Shown piece by piece: positions 28,196 through 40,989 of a stretch of 64,000 nt of DNA. The DNA lies in contig NC_087436.1 in the NCBI RefSeq assembly GCF_036321535.1, positions 107,262,001 through 107,326,000 of the forward strand. The letters are read 5' to 3'. The stretch's first letter is position 1. Each line of letters begins with the position of its first letter. The notes under the pieces are model-generated. The model saw nothing but the letters and a program-made list of their open reading frames with translations. It was not told the DNA's origin and searched no databases. The stretch is from Camelus dromedarius. Taxonomy: Eukaryota. Position numbers and translations under genes: made by a program.

Positions 28196-30829
28196 CATTT
28201 GTCATGCCAGGTACCCATATCACTCAGGCAAGGTCAGATGAGCCAGTCACAGGTCCAGTGACACATAGCACTGGGAAAGCCTGGGACAACAGGCTCTGTT
28301 TACTCTGCACAAGAGCCGCTCACTAACCTTCACCGTTGGGAACCTAACCCACCACTTCCGCTGCCTCTCCATCTCACCAACTGCTGCAGTTTATAAGGTT
28401 TCTTCTCCCCTTGTACTGCTGTGACTCATAATTCTAAAGGCCACCATAAAGTGTCTCTATGTCACAGTGTCTTCTAATTTCATTCTTTGGGGCGCATCAC
28501 GCTTTGTGCTCTGTACTATATCCCTCTTGGGACAACTAGAGCCTAAAATATTGTGATCACTGATGAATATGCGTTCTCCAGGTAAGGTGTCTTGCTCGTA
28601 ATTAGACAGTATTAATCCCATCAGCTCTGATTTACTCTGCTCTCTCAGTAACGCACTTCAGTCTTCTGCTTTCTACTCAGCACTGAGCAATACAACTGGT
28701 GCTTAAGGATTATCGTATAAATCTACTTTTTGGTCAGTCAGTACTGAGGAATTTTTTCAATATATTACAAATGTATTCATTATTCCCTCATTCATGAAAA
28801 TAATTAAAAACTACAGGCTGAACACAAATTCCCAGACCACAAAAGCCTGATTGGCTCTCCACCGCCAAGCACCAAGGTTGCTGGCATCTTAGTTCATGGC
28901 TTTCTTAATGAGAACTCGTACCTTCTTGTTCAATAAAGGGCTTTAGTGGACATTTCCTGGTGGTGTTCGCAGGAGTTATAAAACTAAAGCCCTATCAAAA
29001 AGTAACATGAAGAAAATAACATCAAAATTGTTGCTTTCTGCATGTTTTTAGCAATTCAGAACTGACTTGCCCTAAAATGAAAACTATCAAAAAAAAAAAA
29101 ACCAATACTTTAAAAATGATCCCCAGGATGTTAATAACATGTGCTCACAATCCCTTTTAAAGGAAAATCAAAGAAGGAAGGTAGAGAGAAATACAAGTAG
29201 ATCCAATCCATCACGGTCATACCCAAGTTTCTCCTTAGATAAAACAGACATAAAATACGTGCTGTACAAGCCCCAGATGACCTTCAAGACATTTAAGTAC
29301 AGTATCTATGGATTTTTAAGTATAATTAACAACTCCTGCTTTTCCGTTGAAAGAATCCAAGTTCTGTTTTCTTGACGGGCAAAAGCCAATCAATTTTGTT
29401 CTCAAATGCTAATACTAGCAATTAGAAATAACGTTAATTAAAATACTGTTGGGGCTGTTAGGGTTTTGGATGGTAGATTTTTTTTTTTTTTTTTTTTTTT
29501 GTCCTCGCCCTAACCTCCTGGCAGTTCTAATTTGCAGAGCTAACTAGGGAAGCACCCTTGGCTTGATTCGTCACTGGAGCAAAGAGCCAGCCTTTAAAAC
29601 ACAGCAGAGAACCACGCAAGGCCACCGCGCTGTGAGGCAGCCTGGGCGCTGCAGCTAGATTGTTTGTTTCACCTGGTACCAAATGTGACAGATCGTTTTA
29701 CTTACAGCATGAATATTAATTCTCTGGTTTTGGTAACAAAAATACAGTGCTCATTTGTATTGCTGTAAAACTTGTAAATACGCCCTGTAGGATAAGTAAT
29801 ATTCAAAGCAACATCCTAATTAAAAGGAAAACTCAGTTGTCTTGCAAGATAATGTAAGGAGGACACATAAATTGTAAATAAGATGCATGGTAAAAATGAA
29901 AAAGACAGGCTGGATAGGAGAGGAATGAAATAAGATTTGGAAATGTGCTTTTTAAATGAACACAAATTGTGAGATAATGTCTCACTGAACAATAAAAATA
30001 ACAAACCAGTGGTAAAGATGTGATAGAATTTCCTATGTATACCATTTTAATCTTAATATAATTTTCCCCAGTGCATCCAGATTATTGAACTACTATGACC
30101 ATTTCTTTCTCACTCGATCCAAAGTTACTGAGAGACCGTGCTTTGCTGTAAGTAATTCCCCAATTATGAACATGAAAATGATCCAGAAATTGACCAGTGT
30201 TTTTTAAAAAAGACAAAGTGTCTGCTCAGAGCCAAAGCCTTAGGAGACTGGCAAAGTAAGTGCAGAGTCCTCAGCCAATCAGGAGAATACAGAAAACCAC
30301 CTTCCCCATGTCCTCCTGCATGAAGTAACTCCCCATCCTTGTTTCTTTCTTCCTTGTTCAAAAAAATGCAGAGAAGCCTTCCATGGCACCCCAACTTCCA
30401 CTGTGCTGGACAGAGAACAGAACTGAAGAAAAAGAGGTGCCAGGTATAGTAAACAAGCACTGATGTAACTTGAGGAAGATGCACATCAGTGTGGCCTCGG
30501 TTTCTCCATTTGCAAAATGGGGGTAATAGTACTCTTTGTTTCAAGCCTGATATACACATGAATGTTTAGTAAATACTACCTGAATCTGGGAGCAACATAA
30601 GTGTCCATCAATAAATGAATGGCTAAAGAAGATGCGGTATATATACACAAAGGAATATTACTCGGCCATAAAAAAGAATGAAAAATTTCCACCAATGTTC
30701 TTACGGATCTTTAATATTTAAAAATACTCAAAAGTAGAGACCATGCTCTGCTTAGTATTTTGCTTTTAATTTGGTGTCACTTTAGAGTAGGAATCCAATT
30801 TCTGATAAACATCAACCCTCAAATACTTT

Positions 30830-31520
30830 TCGTCATTCACAATCGCATTTATTTTATTAATTTGTTATTTTCCAAAAGTGTGTATCAGGCAAGAGAAAGA
30901 TGTAACTGTTCATGCATAGATGAAATATGTGCCAAATACATCAACAAATCCATTTTATTAGGTAGGTTATCAATTAATCCCTTTGGTGAACAGAATATAT
31001 AACTATGTAACATGACTAATTTCTAATTTTGATTTTTATACTAGATTAAATGTAGGAAGTTAGGGACCACATGACAATGGATCTACTAAAGCAAACAACA
31101 GCTTACGTGATTGGAAAAAATAGGATCAGAAACAAGTATTCTTATAATAAGTGGTCTGCTGTTAGAGTTGCAAATCGTGAGTGTGCTGTCTTTATGATTT
31201 TGCCTTATTTTTTCCAGAAAAATTCTAAGGATTAACACTGAAGTTTCCAAGTCCATTTGATTTCTTAATATAAAAATTAATTTTGGTGCATTTCTATTTT
31301 GTTTTTTTTAAAGGCTCATTGATCAAAATCCAAATAGAGTAAGAGCCGTCATTAAAAGTTCAGGCATCACATATTCAGACTTTGTGATCATGGGTCATCT
31401 GGTAGGATGTATTGATTCCCAAGGCAACCTGAGGTTGTCTGGGGGAACTCCAGAGCAGATTTCCCTTCAGAGAGCAGAGCAGAAGCCTCTTCTCCAGGTG
31501 ATACTGCTCAGCCATCTCTT
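30830..31520 (-). other. GBA3: Probable GBA3 3' UTR
   Basis: Unique AT-rich sequence after the stop codon, ending near AATAAA hexamers on the minus strand. The cleavage site is inferred. Confidence 0.6.
30848..30858 (-). terminator. Candidate polyadenylation signal (overlapping AATAAA pair); a further AATAAA lies at 30954-30959
   Basis: + strand tttattttatt reads AATAAAATAAA on the minus strand, about 670 nt after the GBA3 stop. Confidence 0.55.
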
Positions 31521-31723
31521 CTACTGACCTCCCTCCAGACCATTGTTTCGGATGATCTTAGCATACTCCTTGGCTGATGTGTAAGGGACTCGGGGTCTAG
31601 CTGGATCTTCAAAATCCACGTGGAAGAGACCAAACCGGCTGCTGTACCCCTTGTTCCACTCAAAGTTATCCAGAAGAGACCATGCACAATATACTTGAAG
31701 ATTGACTTTATCAAGTTGGATAG
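31521..31723 (-). CDS. GBA3: Terminal coding exon of cytosolic beta-glucosidase (GH1 family); partial gene, upstream exons lie beyond position 64000
   Basis: Manual minus-strand translation after the acceptor ttttttttaaatttcag| (AG at + strand 31724-31725; phase 1): (A)[66 protein letters not shown], stop TAG at 31521-31523. It contains the GH1 motif [15 protein letters not shown] and closely matches the recalled human GBA3 C-terminus. Confidence 0.96.
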
Positions 31724-32043
31724 CTGAAATTTAAAAAAAAAAACAAAAAATTACCATTTCCCAGAAGGTTTTATGAGAATACAGACAAAACCATCCATGA
31801 CCAGTGTGGGTGGGTATCTTTCTCCTTCAGAGGATCACAGTGGGAACAGAAAAACACCTTGTCTCAATCCCTTTTTTCCAAGCTTCTGTTTCAACCAAGC
31901 AGGGGCTTCATGCAAGAAGTTAAATTACATAATTCTAAATATTTGGTTAGTCATTCATTTTGACATTCATTTTATTAATTCATTCATTTACTCAGTACAC
32001 GTATCTTTTCAATACCTACTACTTTTTCAGACACAAAGAAACA

Positions 32044-32046
<3 letters not shown>

Positions 32047-32089
<43 letters not shown>
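32047..32089 (+). repeat. (AC)21 microsatellite, read as (UG)21 in GBA3 pre-mRNA
   Basis: Directly visible. Confidence 0.97.
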
Positions 32090-32092
<3 letters not shown>

Positions 32093-32611
32093 TTCTCCCA
32101 GTACCATAAAATTGTATTGAGTAAAAACACGACCCAGCTTCTAAACACAACTTCCAGACAATCCAGAAAACCCCATTTTTAAATTAGAAAAAGTGATAAT
32201 TACACAGCTGAGGAAGCCCCAGCACTTACCTTGTGTCCCCATGACCCAGTCAAGGTATCTCTCTTAATTCTGGAAATAGAACTTCCAGAATGAAAAGCGT
32301 CAGCACAGAGGTCTGGCTGTGTCTTTAATCCCACACTGGGTAGGCACTGAAATGCTACAGCATCTCCTCTGCCCCACATCTAAACTCAGAGTGGTGCTTA
32401 AGCCCTCTAAGAGCCAAAACAATAGACCCCCTCCCCTCCACAAGCGCAGATGCGCAAAGTGTGGAGAATTCTCCAAGTAGGTTTGCACTGATTTCTATCA
32501 CTTTAGTCAGGGAATTGAGCACATTTTTTATTAGTATTTTAAGTTTGGCAAAACTCTGAGGTTGTGTGAATCTTTGCCTTGAACATTTTCTTTTTTAAAA
32601 CCATAACGAGT

Positions 32612-32848
32612 ACAGGGATTGGCTGATACAAACTGCTATGTATGGAAGAGATAAATAACAAGGTCCTCCTATATAGCACAGGGAATGATATTCAATGTTT
32701 TGTAGTAATCTGTAATGAAAAAGAATATGTGTATATATATATGTATATGTGTGTGTGTGTGTGTGTGTGTATAACTGAATCACTGTGCTATACATCAGAA
32801 ACTAACACAACACTATAAATCTAAAAATAAAAATAAAAATAAAATTAT
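32612..32848 (+). mobile_element. Short L1 3' end with an internal (TA)/(TG)n tract
   Basis: ataaataacaaggtcctcctatatagcacaggg…ataactgaatcactgtgc…aaaataaaaataaaa. Confidence 0.9.
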
Positions 32849-34387
32849 AACACTATAACAAGTAAACTTAATCTACGGGATGCACTGATACCTGTTTCAT
32901 GGTGCATAAATTAAGTTAAAAGGCAAGTTTTCTTTATGAGATAGATATATTCCTAAATAAGCTTGGGGAAAATGAGCTTTTATATAATAAGTCGAATTTT
33001 CATTTTACTAGGGATTGCTTTCAACCCAAATGACTCCTCTAGCTGCAGCACAGCAAGACCCACCTTTTAATTTTTTTCTGTTATAAATCTGTATTTCTCA
33101 GATATCTCAAAAGTGCTATACCCATATACCACTATACATGTGTTGATCTCCAAATCTTCTTGGAATTTTTTTGCCTATGGATATTCCATAGATGAAAGTT
33201 TTCTGACAGGTTAATTGATGCATAACCCCTCTACATTTGTGCACAGTGCACACAAAGTGTTTTACTTGGAAAAAGCCTTATGAATGGCCTCAAGGCAGGA
33301 ACTGAGCCAAGCTGGATTGGCTCGTTTTAAATAAAGTACTTTCAGAAAATGAAATATATACTATCTGAGCACATCAAGCTTTGCAGGAATTAAAACATTT
33401 ACTAGGCATTCCTTCTTCTACCTGTCCACCTGGCCACGTGTATCTCCCCTCCTCTCTGTCAACCTCAATCTGCAAAATACCAATATTTTAAATGATCTTT
33501 TAAATTTTAATTTCGGGATGGCATATGTCTAAGAATGAAAATGACCAAAACCGAATACCAGGCCAGAAAAACAACAATCTTTTTTGACTGTCTTGTAATT
33601 CAATCTGGGAACATATGAGATTCTGCATATTTTCTTTCTCATTTGCAGAACTACTGCCCAACAAGTGAGTCTGCCAGGTATAAAGCCAGACAGCTTCTGA
33701 CAACATGCACAGTGCCACCGATCACGTACAGAACGATTGATTCATGTGCTAAACCAGGGGATAAAAACGATGCCCTGCCTGCTTGGAAGGGAACAAAAAG
33801 GAAATCTTGACAATTTCATTGTTAACTGCCAGGAGTTCCGCAGCAGGTACTAAACGGCCCGAGTGACACTGGTGGATGTCTCTGCGTTTTCATTGCAGGA
33901 ACATTCAAGTAGAGAATTACCTAGTTAGGGCTGAGGAACTAGCCTGCTGGAATCCCTCTCATTGTGCCGCCACTGGGAAAAATTACAAAACCGTACTGGA
34001 ACCTGCATGCCTCTCCTGTTTCAATCTCCTCGAGAACAGAAAGAGACCATCATCACATTTCTTTCACCATGACTTATGAGGTCCCAAATCTTAGTAGGGA
34101 AAAAACACTTCTGTGAATTCACTCTTTCTTTAAGCAGAGTTGCAGGCAAAGTAAACACAGACTGACAGGAACTGTGGATGGATACAAAGTACATGGGGGT
34201 GAATATGACACCCATTGTGGAGTGAGAGTTTGGTTTTGGATCAAAAGGTCAGTAGGAAGGGTCTCATAGTCAGCAGGTTGAATATAAAGATGCAAGAAGA
34301 AAAATATCTAAGACTTGCTATATGTTATAGCCTTAGACAAACTGTTCATTTAAGAATTCCATCCAGTGTCATACTGCATATGCACAC

Positions 34388-34406
34388 GTGCACATACACA
34401 CACACA

Positions 34407-34452
<46 letters not shown>
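34388..34452 (+). repeat. (CA)n microsatellite
   Basis: Directly visible, slightly interrupted. Confidence 0.95.
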
Positions 34453-34454
<2 letters not shown>

Positions 34455-34475
34455 TGCATGCACACATACACTCAC

Positions 34476-34640
34476 TGTCTGGTGTTAGACTGAAAAGGCT
34501 GAGGAAACAGTCCTTCACCAGATTGCCCTCACTTCTGACACCAAGTTCAAGTTCAAAATATCCCCCAAATCAGGTTGCGTCAGTAATTTGCTAGGACTCT
34601 CAGAGCTCACTGAAGCCTCGGATACGCACAGTTACACTTC
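34476..34640. mobile_element. ERVL LTR fragment (MER21-like)
   Basis: gccctcacttctgacacc…aatttgctaggactctcagagctcactgaa. Confidence 0.55.
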
Positions 34641-35079
34641 AGCACTGTACTGGAGTCCACGCCATCCTGTTTTGTCTTTACAACAACCCTAGGAGTAGAT
34701 GCTAGTGTCTCCACTGTACCCTGGAGAAACGAGAGTCCTCTTTAGCTAGTGACTGCTGGACCTGGGATTCACACTCAGACCTGCAGAGGCTTATTCCTTT
34801 TCTGAAAGGTATTTCAAGTTTGTCTCTATGATTTAAACATAATGAACATGATTATGTCTAATAAGCGTTCTAATTGAGATCGTCCTGGGTTTGTTTCTGC
34901 TGTCTGTTGATTCTGGTGATTTTGGGGGTCATCATTTCTCCATGTCCATCTGGCTATATTTGTGTGCTGATGATTACTGTTAAAAATATTTGTAATAATA
35001 ATTGGAGGTTTAGAATACAGGTATCTCCCTTTAGAAAGAATCTGAATGTGCATCTTCCTCCTACTTGGTACTACTAGTC

Positions 35080-35335
35080 TGGGATCACCTCAATTCAAGA
35101 CCCAGGCCGGTGTCCTTATGAGAAGAGGACGCATGTGCAGAGAGGAAAGACCAGTGAGGACACAGTGAGAAAGGGTTTCCCTGAAAGCCACAAAGAGACC
35201 TTAGGGAAAAATCAATCCTGCTGATATCTCGATGTTCGACTTCCAGCTTCCAGAACTGTGAGAAAATAAACTTCTGTTGTTTAAGCCACCCAATCTGGGG
35301 CATTTTGTTACAGCAGCCCTTAGCAAACTAATACC
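35080..35335 (+). mobile_element. MLT1A/B-like LTR fragment
   Basis: ggtgtccttatgagaagagg…cttccagcttccagaactgtgagaaaataaa…gcagcccttagcaaactaata. Confidence 0.85.
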
Positions 35336-35734
35336 GGCTAAGAACTGAAAATTTCTGTTTTTAATAAACTCCCTCAGTGCTTTTTATACTGGATCAAGTC
35401 TGAGACTCACAGGCATAGGATAATCTCTGACGGTCAGCTATGAATCTTTGAACACAACTTCCAACCCAGAGGCACCCTTCAAGAGGCTCATTAGTGCTAT
35501 TAGTGTTGAAGACTCTCCCTGAGCCCCTCTCCTCAACAGTGGCAGCCGGAGAGCTCTGTGCAGAGACACAGCTACGTGCAGGCCAGGTCCCACCGCTCTG
35601 AGACATGTAGGACCCTCAACAGACTGAGGGGGAGAGGCCGTGTCCCCAGGAGGCTCCAATGCCTTTTCATCCCCCCTCCTTAGTCGAAGCCTAGCCTTAT
35701 CCCCGTGAATCATGAGAAATCCTCTCAATGCAAC

Positions 35735-36175
35735 ATGTGGACTGGGTGGACTCCCCCAAAAGATCTGTCCAACCAGATCCTATGAATGTGACCTTGTTTG
35801 GAAAAAGGGCCTTTACGAATATAATGAAGTGACCGATCTCAAGATGAGATCATCCTGCATAATGTAACAGGGAGCCCTAAACCCAATGACAAGTGTCCTC
35901 AGAAGAGAAGAGAAGGGGAGAAGACGTACAGGGAAGAAGGAAAAGTGGAGACGAGGTAGAGATGGGAGTGATGTCTACAAGCTGAGAAATGCGAAGGCAA
36001 CCCCCAGAAGCTGGTGGAGAGGCTCTTCCTCGGAGTGTCTGGAAGGAAACAATCCTACAGATAAATGTTAATTTTGGATTACTGGCCTCCAGGACTTTGA
36101 AAGAATAAATTGCAGTTGATTAAGTCACCAAGTTGGTGGTAATTTGTTACCACAGCCACAGGAAACAAATGCATC
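35735..36175 (+). mobile_element. MLT1B/C-like solo LTR
   Basis: atgaatgtgaccttgtttggaaaaagggcc…ggtaatttgttaccacagccacaggaaac. Confidence 0.85.
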
Positions 36176-38129
36176 AGACTCTCTGGGGTGGATGCCGACT
36201 GGGCTACTGGATTCTGAATCCCAAGCCTTCCACCTGATTTGCTGAGTGTTGGTGAGAACCTCTCTCAAGACCTGCAAAGCCAAAGAGAAAAAGCCTTCCC
36301 AGGACACGGTTTGAAGCAGATTTTCCAGCAGTTGGCCACCCAGAGGAAGTTTGAAAACATGTTTTTCTGAGTTTGGTGGAAGCATGCAAGGATGCAACAA
36401 CTGGAGGACAGTTTCAGCTAAGTGACAGCTGCTGCAGAGAACGGGCACACCGGCTGCGTCCCCCTTTCTTTGGAAAATAAAATAAAATAAAACAACATGA
36501 GGAAGAGCTAAACAAAGAAAATGCACAGTAAGCTCCCCCCGCACCCACCCCACAACCCCAGGTAAATATCAGTGGCTGGACAGCATCTGTGAAAATGTCC
36601 AAATAACCCCAAAGCAGGAGGCCCCGCCTGCACGTGGGAATTCCTAGTAGCAAAAACTATGCCTCTCTGAAAAGAGAGACTTTGAAAACCAAAGGCTAAT
36701 TTGTAAATATTTAAAGGAAAATGCCAACTATACAAAATGAGCTGTAAAGATTTCTTAACTACCTGTATTGCTCCTATTACATACATTAGATTTGGGGGTG
36801 GGGGACGGGGGGAGGTGCAAATAGCAAGCAGCTGAAAGGTATTATGTAAAATCATATTTTATTTAATTATAAAGCAGATGGGAAGATAGGTGCACATTCA
36901 GTGTTATCTTCTATAATCTCTCCATCAGTTTTACTTTAAAGGTTACTCCTGCTGCAGTGGGGAAGTTCTTATAATAATCAAAGTTCTCAGCAAATGAAGC
37001 TCTCTTCTACCAGAAAAACTTCTTTCCTTCCTTGCTCCTTTCCCTCTCTTTCTCTCTTCTTTCCTTTCTTTCTTTCCTTCTGGGACTTACTTTCCCCTTC
37101 TGTAAAGTGGGGGTAATAGAATCTTCTCCCTAGGAAGGTGGCAGGTATTAAATAAGTTAATACATATAAAGCTCTATGAATAATGCCTAGCTTATAGTAA
37201 ACACTCAATATGCACTACTTGTTGGTACTGTTATTATTACTTCTCTGAGTCTCAAAGGGCAATGAATGAAACCTGTTTTCTCTCTTCCTCCCATCTGGCT
37301 CCAAACAGCTTTCAGAGCGTATAGAATCAGCACAAAACCCTCATTGCTGAGAACCAGAAAAATCAGGGCATCGAGGGAAAGTGCAGCATCTGGGGCAGGG
37401 TTTGTGCTCAGCGGGAAAGGGTCAGCTGTGGGTCACAAAAAAATAAATCACTAAAGACAAGGACCTAGGGTGAGGCTGCCGGGAATACGGATGCAGCTGA
37501 AGCTCCTCTGCGTCGTCGTGCCTGGAGGCGGAGACAGCATCACATAAGGTCGCTGGGATCCTACATCCATCCTCCATGTATTAAATAAATATATATCATG
37601 CTAGGAATTGAGAATAGAAGGGTGAACCAAAAAAAGCAGCCTCTCATTTTAAAGATCTTAACAGCCTATGTGGAAGACATACCTTAATCAAATTACCACC
37701 CTGTGAGCCTTTAATTACAATCTGTGAAAAGCATTATGAAAGGAAAGACATGGGAACTGTGAGAAGGAACAGCATATTAGCTGATGTTTATTGAGCATTT
37801 GGGTATCATTTTACGGGTTTCGCGTACCCGTTAATTTGCTTAATCTTTACAGTAAAACTTGTCTCGATTTTACAGAGAAGGGAATTGATGTACAGAGAGA
37901 TCGAGTAACTCTGCAAAATTCATACAAGTCAGTAGCGGAGTTGAGACTGGAACTCAGGCAGGACAGCAGCAGGGGCTGCACGCCAAGCCACGACGCTGTA
38001 CCGAGCCTTGAGAACACGTGGCAGTGGAAGCTCTATCTTGGTCGGCGAGGGTGGGAGAACAGGGAAAGTGGAAGAGTTTCCTGGAGTGAATTAGAGCTGA
38101 AAACTCAAGGATTAGCTGGAGTCATCAAC

Positions 38130-38700
38130 TGCTACCAGTCAGGGTTCTTTCTTACTTATAACTGACAGAAGCTGACCTTGACAATTAATCATAAAAGGAG
38201 TTAAGCTGGAAAACTAGGCTCAAATGAAGCTCTCAGAACAGTGCCCAAAAGCATACCGCAGAACTGGTGGGTGGAAGAAACTTCCTGAACTGCTAATGAC
38301 CCAACGAACACTAAGTCCTACAGCTGACGTTGGATTTTGCTGCCCCAAACTCAACTTTCTTGCAACCACAGCAGCCACCAGCATCTCAGCTACTTCTGCA
38401 CCAGAAAGTAGACTTCATAATAAGAATTGTCATCCTCAAAAGCTGGATGCCTCTGCTGCTGTCCTCACCAGCACAACAGGCTCCACCTTCCTCACGCTGC
38501 TGGCTTTCAGATTAAATTCTCACATGAATAAGTCCAATTGGTGGAGACTAGATCACATGTGTGTGCCTTGGCTCCAAAGAATCCTGGAGAATGTTCTCTA
38601 CCTTGACTAGATAAAACTCTTAAGTCTGGATATCCCTAAAACAGAGTGAGTGTATTCAGCAAGTGCTATAGGCAGCCAGAAAGCCTGATGGACTTCCACT
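38130..38700. mobile_element. Ancient MaLR-like LTR relic
   Basis: ccagtcagggttctttc… and …attggtggagactagatcacatgtg… It explains ORF 38224..38610. Confidence 0.5.
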
Positions 38701-38824
38701 CCAAACTAAACGATGAGGAACTAGAACACTCTAATAAAAACGAACGTGTGTGAAAGATCGAACATTACAGCACATTTAAGGAGCTTAAAGAATATAGCTC
38801 AATGGATCACAAAGCATCATCAGG

Positions 38825-39180
38825 GACTCGTGGATACTGAGAGTAGGATGGTGGTTACCAAGGGCTGGGGAGTGAGGGAAATGGGGAGACGTTGCTCAAA
38901 TGGTACAAACTTTCAGTTATAAGATGAATACGTCTGGGGGAATCCAGTGTACAGGGTAGTGATTGTAGTCAACAGTAGTGTATTATGAGATTGGAAGTTG
39001 CTAAGAAGGTAGATCTTAAATGTTCTTGTAAAAAAAAGAAGTGATAATTATGTGAGGTGATGGTGGATTTAGCTAATGCTACAGTGAGAATTATTTCACA
39101 ATATTTAAGTGTCTCAAATCAACACATTAAACTTACACCATGTTATATGTCATTACGTCTCAAAAAACCGGAGGGAAAAA
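38825..39180 (+). mobile_element. L1 (L1MA/MB-like) 3' end
   Basis: agagtaggatggtggttacc…ggtacaaactttcagttataagatgaata…agtgataattatgtgaggtgatgg. Confidence 0.85.
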
Positions 39181-39199
39181 AATACAGGGAGAGAAGCAG

Positions 39200-39900
39200 A
39201 GAGAGCCAGAAGGCAGACTGAGGCATGCAGGTCCTTATAAAGACTTTAAGGGTTTTGATCTTTATCTCAACAGCAATGAAAAGCCTTTGAAGGAGTTAAG
39301 CAAGGGAGTAAGTTTAGCTAATTTGCATTTTTAGAAGATTACTATGACCTCCATGGAGAATAGATTTGCATGTAACAAGAATGGAATCCAAGAGAGCATT
39401 TAAGAGCGATTGCAGTAAATCATGAGAGAGGTGAAGGGAACTTGGTCTGGGCCGGCATAAGTGAAGACAGAGAATAGGGTGGATTCAACAGATACTCAGA
39501 TAAAATCAGCAGGATTGAAAAATTTACTGGAGATCAGGGGTGAAGGAGATAAGGCAGCAAGGTTAGCACTATATGATGGACAATGTTGTCGGTCTCTAAG
39601 TTAGGAAATACTGGGTACACACAAGTTTTGGAGAAAAGGGATGGAAAATAATGAATCAAGCTTTGGGTGACATTCAGTGCCTTTTTTGATCTCCAAATGA
39701 AAAGTTGAACAGGCCACTGGATAGACAAATAAAGAGCTTAAAGAAGGGTCTGAGATGGAAATGTAAATTTTGGAGTTATCACACGGAAGTGGTAACTGAA
39801 ATCATGGTTGTTGAATAGAATTTAGAGAATAAGAAAACAAGACTTGTTACAAGCTTTATGTTATTCCAACATTTAAAGATAAGCTGGAAGGAGAGATGAC
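39200..39900. mobile_element. L2 relic
   Basis: gaaaagcctttgaaggagttaagcaaggg…aaattttggagttatc. Confidence 0.65.
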
Positions 39901-40989
39901 AAGGAGGACCAGAAATGCCCCATGTTCTTGATCTGATACAACCATAGGTGACACTTCCTGTGGATGTAATATGACCAAAGTCACACAACTAAAAGGGGAA
40001 AATTTGGAAACAAATGCTAAGGTTGTCTGACTCGAGAGCTCATAATCCTTCTATCAGAACACCATGGAAAGATTGCAAGTCTAGAAAAATTGCAAATCTA
40101 GGACTGTGGGTGACATGCAAGAGTCAAAGCCACCATGGGAATCACGTGGTCAGATCACAAGTCAGTGGGGGTGGCACCTGTTTCATCAATTGCTTACAAG
40201 CAAAAATCTAGTGCTTATAGTGGAGGGGAAATTCTCAAGTCTTCTCCACACTTTTCATAATCTTCTTATATCTCTCCTGGGAAAATTCAAGATAAAAACC
40301 AAAAATCTTGCAGCAATGAGAAAGAGGAGCACTCAGTAATTGATCCAAGTTTTTCTAGGGTGATAGTTTTAAAGGGGATCAGGTTATGAAGCTATAAACT
40401 GCACAGGTAGGGGTCTCTCTTTCATGCACTCTCAAAGTCGGAGCGGTAAGATGGCACAGATGCTTTCCCCTTGGAGCACATTTTGCCAATGTGCAGACTT
40501 TGTTCAAAGTCTCTTTTTTCCCTGTTTGAGCTTCTGGACTTGCTCAGGCCCAGAAGAGAGGCAGGCTTGGTGGGGCGAGGGGAGCAGGGTAAATGAACCC
40601 TCTCCTCTAATCTGTTGCTCTGGTTCCATTTCCTAGAGTGTGGTATAGTGTGTGTGTGTGTTATCCTGTTAGAAGGATAAGTTCAGTTATCCTAAGATGA
40701 ATTTAGGGGAAGTTGTGGCCTTTTCAGCCTATTTTAACATGGGCTTTAAACTAATTCTAACCTGCCTCTACCTTGGCAAAAAGCTGTCATGTTGTTCAGC
40801 TTAGCTCACTAGAATTCTAAACAGAATTGGGGCCACAATCCAATTCAGTTCATGGGTCCTCTGGTCAAATACTATGTAATGACTGCAAAACGTGTATCTC
40901 CAGCTCTGGCATCTCCCTTACCTATAAAATCCATACATAATTGATTCTTTTACTTCTCTTCTTGTGGCCTAAATGAAATTTAAAATTTA

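Noticed and set aside
31508..31714. 68-aa minus-strand ORF in the track (MIKSIFK…)
   Set aside because: It is the wrong frame over the real GBA3 exon.
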